A stretch of 64,000 nt of DNA from an uncultured Lachnospiraceae bacterium (GTDB lineage: Bacteria > Bacillota > Clostridia > Christensenellales > Pumilibacteraceae). Made by a program: the position numbers and the translations under genes. Position 1 is the stretch's first letter. Each line of letters begins with the position of its first letter. The DNA lies in assembly GCA_964591125.1 (NCBI GenBank), contig CAZQAC010000001.1:24674-88673 (forward strand), written 5' to 3'. Under the pieces are notes generated by a model. The model was not told the origin of the DNA and did not search any database. It saw only the letters and a list, made by a program, of their open reading frames with translations. Positions 36,701-45,605 of this stretch are shown here, piece after piece.

Positions 36701-39289
36701 GTTTTTCTCATCGTTATGATAATAAAGCGCTGTATCGGCACCATGAACGTAAGTCAATTCGCCTACGGTGGTCGAGCCGCCCATCAAGTATTCGGAAAGT
36801 TGGATATCCGCAGCTGCGGTCAAATCGGTTACCGTGATAGTTTTCGGAACGTAATTGTCTGCGCTTGCCTTTATTGTATAACTTGCGGCTGCGGCTGTTT
36901 TGAGCGTATAAGCGCCGTTCGCGTCGGTATAGGTATAAACCTTTCCGTCGGATACTTTCGCGCCTACGACAGCAACGCCGTTAATAGTAACCGTTCCTTT
37001 GATCTCGGCAGTGTACGCACCGTCCGTCAATTTGATCTCGGCAGTATATGCGCCGCCTTCGAAAGCTACGTCTAAATAGAATTCGATTCCGTTGTCGGTT
37101 ACTTTGAAATCGACTGTTTTGCCGTTAACGGTAAGAGTATCGACTACTTTGCCTTCGGCGATTTCGAGTTCGACTTTGTTGGTCTTTGCTACTGCGAGTT
37201 CGATTTCCTTAGCGATGTCACCCGTTAAGGTAAGTTTCGCGCTTACTACGTCGGCATAAGAAGAAATTACGTCAGCGTCGTAGGTGTAGCCGAATCCGTA
37301 TACGTTAACCCAGTCATTTTTAGTCTGCTGGTTATGCATCTGAACCTTGGTTATATTTCCGGTTACGAGAGCTTTGCACTGATTTGCGCAATCGGTATAA
37401 GTATCACCGTTGCAGAGATACAAACCGTTTTCGTCCATAACGGCGATAAGTTTGTTTTCGGTCTTTTTGATGTTATCGTTGCCTACTTTTTCGCCGGTGT
37501 AATACATGTATAATTTGCCTGCTTTACGAACGGTAACCAACGTTACTTTGTCGTAAGCGGTTTCGGATTTACCCAACGCGTAGCCTGCGTCCGCGATCAA
37601 TCCGCCGACGTCGTTTATTCCGCTGAATCCTCTGAAACGCATACCGTTCTTGTTATAGAAAGGACTGATATCGCTATTTCCGACCGTAAAACAGAATCCG
37701 TAGGTAGGATCGCTTTCTTCGGTGGTTTTGCTCGTATCGCGCTGCCAAGTAGCGGTCAACGCAAAGTCTTCTGTTCCCGGAGCGAAATCGGCAAACGTAG
37801 CCACCAAATGATGATTCGACGTCTGATCGTTTACTACGTTGGTAATTACGCCGTTCTGAACTTCGTAAGCGTCGTCGATATTAACCTCATGAACGCCGAC
37901 CGAAACGGCTTTATCCGAAGTAAACGTATAAACGAGATTTTCGTCTGCAAGAGAAGCTTTAACTTCGAAATCCAAGTCTTCGGAAAGTTCCTCGTATCCG
38001 CCGTTTTCGAGTTCTTTTACGAACGTCAACGTATAAACGCCGGCTTTGATTCCGCTAAGAGTAGCTTTGCCTTCGCCGATTACGTTTTCGTGATATGAAT
38101 CTTTTCCGCTCTTATCCGTAAGTCGAGCCATTATGTCGGACTGTTTAACTTTCGCAGCCCATTCCAACGGGAATTCGGGCATTTCGACTTCGACGTTAAC
38201 GGTGTACGTTTTCTGAGCCAAGCCGGTTATTTCGAGTTTGGAATCGGCGTCTATCGTGAACGTGTAGAATCCGCCCTCGTCGGCGGTAAGTTCCGCGCTC
38301 GATTTTTCGGTGCCGTCGTCGTTATACTTAGTAACTTTTACGACGGGAGTTCCGATTACTTCGTCGCCTTCGAAATCGATTTTGAATGCGAATTCGGTAT
38401 TATATACGACAGAGCTCTGGTCGAAATCTTCTTTTTCGTCCCAGCCGTTTCCGTCAGCGTCGTAAGAAAGCCAATACATGCCGCTTACAGACAAATCGCC
38501 TTCGAGTTCGTAATGTCTTGCCGTCTTTTTATAAACTGCTATAAGAGCGATATCGCCTTCTACGGGCTTACTGAAATCGTAAGCGGGACCGTCTTCGGTC
38601 AAAGACCAATGCGAAAGCGAATATTCTTCGGATTCGGTCTTATCTTTTGCCGGTACGGGTTTTGTTGTTTCCGAAACGGTTGCTCCGTAACGAATTTCCT
38701 GCGTGTCGATGAGCTGTCCGTTTGCGGTAAAGGTAACCGTCTTTCTTTCTCTTGCGTAATATACCTTAAGAGTAAGCGTTCCGTCGCCTTTAATCGTTCC
38801 CGAAAGAACTTCGCCGGCGCCTTCCGCCTGAGTATAATGCTCGAGCGTCTTTACGGTTGCGTTAACCGTCGTATCGGTCGTACCTTTCAAACTTTCGGTA
38901 GAGTCGAGCGTATATTTTCCGTCTACGCCCTCGAGGTAATGTTCGACCGTGTAAGCGGTATCGGTTTTAGCCGTATACTTCAACGTAAACGTTACGTCTG
39001 CGGTGATGCTGTCCAAATTTGCAGCAGCGCCGTTCTCGTCTACCCAAGCCCAAGTATAACCGGCTTTTTCGGTTACGGTCGGTGCCGTTGCCGCATTGCC
39101 GTGCTTTACTTTGGCAGACGAAAGTTCCGCGCCCGTATCGGACTTAAACTTTACCGTGTACTCGTTGCTTTGCGTAGTTCCCGGATTATTCTCGTCAGGT
39201 TTTTCGTTGTCGCAAGCGGTCATCGCCGCTCCGCCGCCTACAGCCATTACCAAAGCGAGCAGGACTAACGCCAATTTTTTCTTTTTCAT
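33800..39289 (-). CDS. Giant (1829 aa) cell-surface lipoprotein with Listeria-Bacteroides (InlB B-type) repeats and many beta-sandwich modules
   Basis: Signal peptide plus lipobox (AMTAC). Repeats such as YTVKFKSDTGAELSSAKVKHGNAATAP..KAGYTWAWVDENG. Beta-rich throughout, with LamG/CBM-like stretches. Confidence 0.85.
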   Translation of the reverse strand: MKKKKLALVLLALVMAVGGGAAMTACDNEKPDENNPGTTQSNEYTVKFKSDTGAELSSAKVKHGNAATAPTVTEKAGYTWAWVDENGAAANLDSITADVTFTLKYTAKTDTAYTVEHYLEGVDGKYTLDSTESLKGTTDTTVNATVKTLEHYTQAEGAGEVLSGTIKGDGTLTLKVYYARERKTVTFTANGQLIDTQEIRYGATVSETTKPVPAKDKTESEEYSLSHWSLTEDGPAYDFSKPVEGDIALIAVYKKTARHYELEGDLSVSGMYWLSYDADGNGWDEKEDFDQSSVVYNTEFAFKIDFEGDEVIGTPVVKVTKYNDDGTEKSSAELTADEGGFYTFTIDADSKLEITGLAQKTYTVNVEVEMPEFPLEWAAKVKQSDIMARLTDKSGKDSYHENVIGEGKATLSGIKAGVYTLTFVKELENGGYEELSEDLDFEVKASLADENLVYTFTSDKAVSVGVHEVNIDDAYEVQNGVITNVVNDQTSNHHLVATFADFAPGTEDFALTATWQRDTSKTTEESDPTYGFCFTVGNSDISPFYNKNGMRFRGFSGINDVGGLIADAGYALGKSETAYDKVTLVTVRKAGKLYMYYTGEKVGNDNIKKTENKLIAVMDENGLYLCNGDTYTDCANQCKALVTGNITKVQMHNQQTKNDWVNVYGFGYTYDADVISSYADVVSAKLTLTGDIAKEIELAVAKTNKVELEIAEGKVVDTLTVNGKTVDFKVTDNGIEFYLDVAFEGGAYTAEIKLTDGAYTAEIKGTVTINGVAVVGAKVSDGKVYTYTDANGAYTLKTAAAASYTIKASADNYVPKTITVTDLTAAADIQLSEYLMGGSTTVGELTYVHGADTALYYHNDEKNEHWVNGAMSKPYTVGLDENDNEIVTAKAGDSARSVVLYNNFASDKFVAMAALKYDTINDKWPRIGFTVADAAGNIGMIGLYGNKYSSTLISGWGSGTAKDAPGYDWNGNADKIVGAGKIYIAMEYDNGNVKFYVKNQQFPDPDKWYLYYEGKMPSHGDLSGKVAVAIVETSNVCPNMTFSDFYIAELDNEKQDNVTVTAGEGATATIENGVLTVSTVKGKAISAVTYDGKNVMSDGSLVNGKFTYNLPAMWQVGNHTVNVTTEDVSVTATYHGKFIFEKTASVTFTNEKGVQFATETAADGSWSIELEPGKYTLTVSAVGAFTQEVELELTADTTDLDEGNLRYGFNGEELTGFGIGEKTTSAAVEFDYDKSVNPYDDLEIKVSKFNQTIAWAQPIATNAVWSFTIDFDENISHATNGTYYDQDMYWRWYVGTSDNTVNVGMNSNGGKFDDISGGDNNPFDGWSDSEAAYGMMGGLKMQWSVGDVRAVDFMLVREGKKISKYAKYHDDAEWIYAGCNEQKLSEDGVVYFKMYNSSRSNEDAANISYTIKNWKYDESTSISVDVANASKNATVTTSKTTAKNGEEVALTATAGEGYLVTSITIGASKYQVAAAKTASVDAKVFGTLSSDVVVTTVKESDLLALTGTVTVTEQYASLLNANEGSVTLTGENGKFVGFIQNGNYTVSAPAGKYTAKYSNGKLCFEKEIELTAAATENVVLNQFDQDMFVKVAGDGLQYKDGVLSSPYSGSTQESAFNMTFVPNEQIVEFGYTLKGNLSNSKYPFYGIFVKSNDGNVGRMVYTGGNSGDQIFFIAKNDYDSRLSASDSARELWKGGFIPGQDTRGQEQLGAVGIYWNQAYTNITFKFKIDGYNLSMWIKGSNKYRAYNQDQLWSSDEWVCCFENLNIYDRYNIDVGAQVGSGKDYLNTLYKLDQPCYFGPSARRDNEIINFDAVKFSDLWFNITDRETNE

Positions 39290-39600
39290 AAAACCTCCTA
39301 TAGATAAACACTATAAAAATTTGCTCTCAGAGCATTAACTATTAATCGTTATGAAAGCGGCAAACCGAGCTCGGCTCATCATTTTCTTCGCGATTATAAT
39401 TTTCTTACGATTATTATATCACATATATTTCATAAAAGTCAATATATTTTTTAAAATTTTTATTAACTTTTTCAAATTCTTCGAATTCGTTTACCGGCCG
39501 AGCATAATTTTTTTCGATTACAAGCCGCCGACCTTTCTTTCGACTTTTCGCAAAAATACGTCAACCTTATTGTATGCCGTCGTTACGAATAAATTCCGAA

Positions 39601-39628
39601 GCGCGGATCGAGATTTTTACGTCCGCGC
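39601..39628 (-). terminator. Possible terminator hairpin after the CotH-like gene
   Basis: GCGCGGA (39601-39607) pairs with TCCGCGC (39622-39628), with a 14-nt loop. The trailing sequence on the minus strand is only moderately T-rich. Confidence 0.35.
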
Positions 39629-39676
39629 CTCATATTATTCTATTTATATGTCTTTATTATTATACTTAAAATCCGT

Positions 39677-42600
39677 CTAAATCTTTTTCAGGACGAAATT
39701 TCGGTAAATCATATTCGCGTTATGCTGATAAATATCCATACCTATAAGCGTTCGGTCGGGAATCGCCACCGAATATTTTTTAATTCCGTCCACGTAAACG
39801 GTAAGCGTCGAACCTTGCTTTATCATTTTTATTTTATGCACGCCTTCGTATATTTTGTCGACGGTCGCCGTTTCGGACGAATTCATTCCTTTGACGTCGG
39901 TAAACACGATCGATTCGAGATTATTTCGCATAAACCGCGTCACGTAGTTATCGTTTCCGCCGCTACCGTAAATGAACTTCACATGGAATTGCGCGCTCAT
40001 GTCGCGTATTCCGTTGTTTATCATCGTATAACTAAGCTCGAAATCGTCTACCGATAAACCGCGTATTTCTTTCCGTCCCGTACCCTCCAAACTTCCGTTG
40101 CCTTGCCAGAACTGATTTACGCGGAATTCGCGTTCGCCGTAAACTATATTTTCGCCTTCGAGCTCAGTCGTTTCGTCTTTATCGTAAATAGCCATCGCGT
40201 TTTTGAGCGATTTCAGGAACAAAGCGGGACGACGACTAATCCAATCGTAAGCGGAATTAATTTGATTTTCCCAAGCCGATACGTTTTGGTCTTGAGCCCA
40301 TCTTACCACGTTGTAATTTACAAGAGGACGAACGGATTCCGCTAATCTGCTCAAAACCGACGAAGCTTTTTCGTAAGAGAACGTCGTTTGCATAAGTTCC
40401 TGTGCTCTGGCATAAAGTCTTTCACGGAATCCTTCGTTGGCAAGGGCACGATTCATTAAATTATATTTGCGATACGTATATCTGCTCGAATAAGAAAGAT
40501 TGTTTTCGTATTCACCGTCCAGAGTACCTTTCAGTAATCCCATATCCAAGTCATGCAGAACGAATCTTAATTTTCCGTCGGTATAAACGTTTCCTTTCGC
40601 AGGTTTGCTCACTCTCCAACATCTGTGGTTGTTCGAGTTACCGACGAAATCCCAATTACCCGAATACGCCTGGACTATCATTAAATCGATAAGACTCGCT
40701 TCGTCCACGTATTTGCCGAAAAATTCATCGAATACCGCGTCGTCTGCAAAATTCTTTTCGGGATTATTCAAAAACGCATTCATTTCTTCGATAAAAGCCG
40801 TAGCGCTCTCTTCGTCGCCGTCCGAAACGTTATACGTATTTCCTGTATAATCGAAATATTGAACGTCGCCTTTCTTTACTTTATAATTGTCCTTGAAATA
40901 AACGTCGCTGTAATGTTCGCGCAAATAATACATACCCCAAAATTCGCCGTTAAGATAAACTATCGCAGGTCTTGCCGCAGTCGTTCCGACATTCAGCTCT
41001 TCGGCAAGCGATTGGAAAAACGCGTCGTTGAATCTGATCGAGGAATCGTAGCTACTGCCGCCGTTCCACAAACGGAAACGAGTGAATTCGTCCAGCTTTT
41101 CGTCTACTCCGGCGCAATTTCTGTCGCCGAATATTTCGAATTGCACCGCATCTTGCTTTTTACCGTTTTCGTCTTTATTGAAATTCAAATGCAACGTTCT
41201 TTGCGGACGTCCTCTGGACCAACCGCCGCCCACTTTTATTTGCGTGTTGACTGAAAAACTTCCGTCGACGTCGAAAAATTCCAGATTCGCGCGAGCTTTA
41301 TTGTCCGCCGCACTGTTGCCGCCGCCCGGCAAATATACGTTATTGTAAATAGACGTTCCTTCGCCGTTCGGAATTCCGTCAAACCAATTTTCTTCCGGCA
41401 TTGAAATGGAAAGTATAGGCACGTCGTCGAAATCATCGGTATCGAAAACAATATACGACTGTATCGCTCTTTGAATTACCGTACCGTATTCGTCCACCAA
41501 CGCTACGTTATATACGTATCCGAGATTTATCAGCGGATAATTTTTCCCGTTTTGTATTTTTTGAACGTAACTCGACGAATAGTTTTTATTCGAACCTGCC
41601 CACGCCAACTCTCCGTCTACCTGTTGCATCAACGAATAATCGCCCAAAGAACCCGTTCTTTCCTTTACGACGCGCGACGCATTCCATACTTTCGCGTTTT
41701 TAAGATCGTCCGCGACAGGACTGCAATCGGTCGTATAATATATTTTTGCTCTCTTGACGTCGGTAAAATAATTAACGGTTTGTGAGGTCTTATATCGTCC
41801 TCCTACAACGGAAGCGTAAATTCCGTCCGCTATTTTCGTATATAATTCCGGAACTTCAAGATTAACAGTTTTTACCGTTACCGCAAAATCGCAATGAACG
41901 CCGAGCGCTTCGACTTCGCATCTCACCACCGCAACTCCGTCCGCAACGCCTTTAACCGTTCCGTCCTCGATTTCGATATAATCCGCGCCCGACAAAACGG
42001 AATAAGTAAATTCGACGTCTTTTTGAGACGGATACAGCACGGGTTCGACGCGGACGATTTCGGTAGGTTCGAGCGTTATTCCCGATACGGTCAGCTTATA
42101 ACTGATTTTTTCGATCGTAACGAGAAATTCGATTGCCGAATTTTCGTAACCTTCGATTTTACACTCGACCGTCGCCGTTCCTGCTTTAAGACCGTAAATT
42201 CTACCGTCCTTTATCAAAACGCACGATTGTCCCGATTTAACGGAATAAACCACTTTCGCATTTGATTCTGCGTTCTCGATAACAGGATTTATCAACTGAC
42301 TTTCGCCCTCTGCCAAAAGAATATCCGACACCGAAACCTCCGGGGCTTTTGCCAAAACTGTTATTTTGATCCGCGCAGTTTTGCCGGATAATTCGTCGCT
42401 ACAAACAAGAACGGCTTCGCCCGATTTAACGCCTAACACCTCGTTCCCGTCCAAAATCGCACAAACGCCCTCTATTTCGAATTTATAATCGGCTTGAGCT
42501 CCGACCGGTTCGCTTTTAACGTTCGGAACGACGCTCTCTCCGACATAAACGGTTATGTCCTCCGCCACGATGCTCCAATCGGTGACTTTTACGCTAAAAC

Positions 42601-43336
42601 GATATTCTTCGCTTCCCGAAACAGCCGAAACGACTGCGTCGCCTGTTTTTTTACCGACAAATTCGTATCCGTTTATTTCGACGACGTCCTCTCCCGAAAC
42701 AACTTTAAAAACCAATTCTCTGTCTATTCCGTCCGAAAATATCGGTTGCACCGTTATTTTTCCTCCAACGGGAATAACGTTCGACGCAAGCGTCACGTCG
42801 ACCGAATGATTTTCCACCGTTATTTCCGCAAAAGTCGCCTTTCCGCTCGTTTTGTCACGGCATAAAATTTCGCTCGTGCCGATTTTTTTCGCGACGAAAC
42901 GATTTCCGGTCAATTCAATCGAATCGCCGAATATGATTTCGTATGTAAAATCGCCTTTTTTATCCGATTGCGAAAAAGTCGCGTTTAATTCTCCGTACTC
43001 GCCGACGTAAGTCCTTACCGAATCGAGCATCAAAGTATAATCGGCTTGCGTTACGATAAACGTCTTTTCTTCTGTTTTCTCGCCAAGAACCGCCTTCACA
43101 ACCGCTTTTCCTTCGGCTATGGCTATTATTTCGTTACCGATCAGTCTAATTTTGTCTTTTCCCGTCGTTATTTCGATATCGCAGTCGTCCGAACGATCGA
43201 ACGGCGCGTATTCGTACGTTTCTCCGACGGCTATTCTTATTCCGTCATCCGTATTCGCGTCGTTATCGCAACCGACAAACGTGCACCCGAAAATAACTAA
43301 CGTTACACACAGTAATGTTGTTAAAAGTCTCCTCAT
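39677..43336 (-). CDS. 1219-aa lipoprotein: Big_2-type Ig-like repeats + CotH kinase-like domain + C-terminal jelly-roll-like domain
   Basis: Lipobox (IFGCTFVGC). About 6 repeats of ~85 aa of the Big_2 type. The central RLWNGGSSYDSS...IVYLNGEFWGMYYLREHY resembles the CotH core. Confidence 0.75.
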   Translation of the reverse strand: MRRLLTTLLCVTLVIFGCTFVGCDNDANTDDGIRIAVGETYEYAPFDRSDDCDIEITTGKDKIRLIGNEIIAIAEGKAVVKAVLGEKTEEKTFIVTQADYTLMLDSVRTYVGEYGELNATFSQSDKKGDFTYEIIFGDSIELTGNRFVAKKIGTSEILCRDKTSGKATFAEITVENHSVDVTLASNVIPVGGKITVQPIFSDGIDRELVFKVVSGEDVVEINGYEFVGKKTGDAVVSAVSGSEEYRFSVKVTDWSIVAEDITVYVGESVVPNVKSEPVGAQADYKFEIEGVCAILDGNEVLGVKSGEAVLVCSDELSGKTARIKITVLAKAPEVSVSDILLAEGESQLINPVIENAESNAKVVYSVKSGQSCVLIKDGRIYGLKAGTATVECKIEGYENSAIEFLVTIEKISYKLTVSGITLEPTEIVRVEPVLYPSQKDVEFTYSVLSGADYIEIEDGTVKGVADGVAVVRCEVEALGVHCDFAVTVKTVNLEVPELYTKIADGIYASVVGGRYKTSQTVNYFTDVKRAKIYYTTDCSPVADDLKNAKVWNASRVVKERTGSLGDYSLMQQVDGELAWAGSNKNYSSSYVQKIQNGKNYPLINLGYVYNVALVDEYGTVIQRAIQSYIVFDTDDFDDVPILSISMPEENWFDGIPNGEGTSIYNNVYLPGGGNSAADNKARANLEFFDVDGSFSVNTQIKVGGGWSRGRPQRTLHLNFNKDENGKKQDAVQFEIFGDRNCAGVDEKLDEFTRFRLWNGGSSYDSSIRFNDAFFQSLAEELNVGTTAARPAIVYLNGEFWGMYYLREHYSDVYFKDNYKVKKGDVQYFDYTGNTYNVSDGDEESATAFIEEMNAFLNNPEKNFADDAVFDEFFGKYVDEASLIDLMIVQAYSGNWDFVGNSNNHRCWRVSKPAKGNVYTDGKLRFVLHDLDMGLLKGTLDGEYENNLSYSSRYTYRKYNLMNRALANEGFRERLYARAQELMQTTFSYEKASSVLSRLAESVRPLVNYNVVRWAQDQNVSAWENQINSAYDWISRRPALFLKSLKNAMAIYDKDETTELEGENIVYGEREFRVNQFWQGNGSLEGTGRKEIRGLSVDDFELSYTMINNGIRDMSAQFHVKFIYGSGGNDNYVTRFMRNNLESIVFTDVKGMNSSETATVDKIYEGVHKIKMIKQGSTLTVYVDGIKKYSVAIPDRTLIGMDIYQHNANMIYRNFVLKKI

Positions 43337-43363
43337 AATCTCTCCTTACCGATATATGATAAT

Positions 43364-44425
43364 TTATATTTTACAGCCGTCAAGCTGATAAACCGAAGTA
43401 ACTATCTTCTTTTCTCCGCCTTTAATCGCTCTTTCGAGATCGGCGGAGGTGTTTACTCTAAACAGTATTTCAGTTCGTTCGTCCGACACGACAAAATCGC
43501 GAGTCACGTCGTCGTTAGAATAATAATCCGATATATAAACCGATTGCGAATCGGGCAACGCTTTTTTAATTTTTTCGGCGGAAATCGATTGCGAAGCCAT
43601 AATCTTCACCGCGCCGAACCCGAATTCCTTATACATGTTTTCAAGCGTTTCGAAAGGAAAATTCAAGCCGTGCGCGCAGACTATCGGAATAGATCCGGCG
43701 CTTTGCATTTGCATGAAAACGTCGCTTAGCGAAGATATTCTGGTGTTTTTGTAAAAATCGCCCGAAAACATTCCGAAATCGTACGTTTTAAGTTTTTCGT
43801 ATTCGGTTTCCTCTATAAGTCCTTCGCCGTCCGAACATCCCGAAAGCGCGCTGCCGTCGTGCGCGACGATAACGCCGTCAGAAGTCGCCGCAGCGTCCAC
43901 TACGATTCGCTTATACCCCGCTCTCAACGCCGCCAAAACCGCCGACATCGAATTTTTCGGCGCATAGGAAGACAAACCTCCCTCAGCTACACACTCGATT
44001 CCTCCGCCGAAATTTCCGAATCCGAAATTTACTTCCGCATCGAGCGCCAATATCGAAATCCCCGCGCCGCCCTCGGAATAAAAACTTACGAACGCCTCGT
44101 CCACGCCGAAAGGAATAAAATAATGCAACTTATATTCTTTGTAATTGTCTCCGCAAAGTTCTATTCTGCCCTTTGTTCCCGACGGACCGAAAATATTTCC
44201 GCGTCTTAAAAAAGTTACGCCGACTGTCGCAGAACCCGTCTTTTCGAGCGTCTTTTTTGCCACAACGGTCAGCGAAATCGTTTTATAACAAGAAAAAGAC
44301 AGCGGAAAAGACAAGCTTGCCTTGCCGTTATCCGTCGGAAATACGGTAAGTTTCCCCGGAGAATACTCCGTTTTGGCTGCGGATTTATCAGCTTTTCCCA
44401 TTGCGGACTTTGTTAAAAGATTCAT
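43364..44425 (-). CDS. GDPD-like (glycerophosphodiester phosphodiesterase fold) protein with a degenerate catalytic motif and an N-terminal beta-rich domain
   Basis: Residues 145-190 (VAEGGLSSYAPKNS...IVVDAAATSDGVIVAHD) align with the GDPD pattern aHRG....PENT...iE.DV..T.DG..V..HD. His, Arg and two Glu are substituted. Confidence 0.6.
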   Translation of the reverse strand: MNLLTKSAMGKADKSAAKTEYSPGKLTVFPTDNGKASLSFPLSFSCYKTISLTVVAKKTLEKTGSATVGVTFLRRGNIFGPSGTKGRIELCGDNYKEYKLHYFIPFGVDEAFVSFYSEGGAGISILALDAEVNFGFGNFGGGIECVAEGGLSSYAPKNSMSAVLAALRAGYKRIVVDAAATSDGVIVAHDGSALSGCSDGEGLIEETEYEKLKTYDFGMFSGDFYKNTRISSLSDVFMQMQSAGSIPIVCAHGLNFPFETLENMYKEFGFGAVKIMASQSISAEKIKKALPDSQSVYISDYYSNDDVTRDFVVSDERTEILFRVNTSADLERAIKGGEKKIVTSVYQLDGCKI

Positions 44426-44613
44426 TTTTCCTCGTCCTCCGTCTTTTTTACTCCGTAACTGTCGTTTTTGTACAATACCGATCTTTTTTATTTATTTTAC
44501 CACATTCGAGCCGTTTAGTCAAGAAGCTAAAACAAAATCGACAAAATACTCGAATATTTTCCTCAATAATGCTTTTTACGGCAATATTCGCAAAAAAGCC
44601 GACGTCAAAGACG

Positions 44614-44643
44614 TTGCTTTATTATATACAAAAGTGATAGAAT
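44614..44643 (+). promoter_or_regulatory. Candidate sigma-A-type promoter of spo0A
   Basis: TTGCTT (44614-44619), an 18-nt spacer, then TAGAAT (44638-44643) preceded by TG (extended -10 TGATAGAAT). Confidence 0.4.
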
Positions 44644-44698
44644 ATACCTGATAAAAATATACTTTCAGACGATATTTTTAATTATTTTGGAGGATTTT

Positions 44699-45439
44699 AT
44701 GAAAAACGGTATTCTTTTGATCGATGATAACACCGAATTCACCGCGTCGTTATCTTCACTGCTTCGTGCCGAAAAAGATTTTTCGGTCGCGGGTATTGCC
44801 TCGGACGGCGAAAACGGAATTAAATTATTTCGCGAACTCCGCCCGGACGTCGTTATCCTCGATCTCGTCATGCCAAAGAAAGACGGATTCGGATTCCTAC
44901 AAGAGATAGAAAAAGGCGACGCCAAAATACTCGTGCTGTCGGCACTGAACAAAGACGCGTTCGTAAGCAAAGCGATCGACCTAGGCGCAGATTATTACAT
45001 GCGCAAACCTTGCTCCTTTTCGGAGCTTGCCGAACGTATACGCGAACTGACGGGTTCGAGCAATTTAAGCGTCAAGCCTACAAAGAAAAACAAAGACATG
45101 GACGAACGCATCTCCAACATTTTTATTACAGTGGGCATTCCGGCTCACATTAAAGGCTATCAATTCCTTCGCGAAGCCATTAAAATGGCTGTGGAAAACC
45201 CGGATATAATCAATTCCATAACCAAACGCCTTTATCCCGAAGTCGCCAAAAAATTTTCGACGAGTGCAAGCAAAGTCGAAAGAGCTATAAGGCACGCGAT
45301 AGAAGTCGCCTGGAATCGCGGTAAAATCGAAAACATCAATTCGCTTTTCGGCGTTAAGGTTTATTCTCACAACGAAAAACCGACGAACGGCGAATTCATC
45401 GCGCTCGTAGCGGACAAAATGATTTTGGAAAGCGTATAA
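44699..45439 (+). CDS. spo0A: Sporulation master regulator Spo0A
   Basis: Start at ATG 44699 (RBS GGAGGA). Receiver domain ILLIDDN...VVILDLVMPKKDG. C-terminal Spo0A-specific region ITVGIPAHIKGYQFLREAI...SKVERAIRHAIEVAW. Confidence 0.95.
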   Translation: MKNGILLIDDNTEFTASLSSLLRAEKDFSVAGIASDGENGIKLFRELRPDVVILDLVMPKKDGFGFLQEIEKGDAKILVLSALNKDAFVSKAIDLGADYYMRKPCSFSELAERIRELTGSSNLSVKPTKKNKDMDERISNIFITVGIPAHIKGYQFLREAIKMAVENPDIINSITKRLYPEVAKKFSTSASKVERAIRHAIEVAWNRGKIENINSLFGVKVYSHNEKPTNGEFIALVADKMILESV

Positions 45440-45493
45440 GCCCTTTTATTCAATCGATTGTTTTACTCCTATAAGATTACTCCGAGATAAAAA

Positions 45494-45528
45494 CCGTTCG
45501 CGCGATAAACGCGGACGGTTTGATTTTT
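45494..45528. terminator. Bidirectional terminator between spo0A and the MATE gene
   Basis: ccgttcgcg (45494-45502) pairs with cgcggacgg (45510-45518) with one G-U pair. It is followed by TTTGATTTTT and preceded by AAAAA. Confidence 0.65.
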
Positions 45529-45605
45529 AACTACGAAGTCGAATTGCCAATATATAATAATAAGAATAAGATTTCTTGTTTCGGAAATTCTATTATTTAT
45601 CTTTC

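Noticed and set aside
35183-39268. Long plus-strand ORFs (347 aa at 35183-36226; 251 aa at 38513-39268) inside the 1829-aa surface protein gene
   Set aside because: These are antisense shadow ORFs of a long gene with biased codon usage. They have no RBS, and their composition is Arg/Phe-rich and implausible.
39351-39680. 109-aa plus-strand ORF in the intergenic region between the two giant lipoprotein genes
   Set aside because: Its translation is Phe/Ile/Tyr-rich, as expected from AT-rich promoter DNA. There is no RBS. It overlaps the likely promoter of the 1829-aa gene and the terminator of the CotH-like gene.
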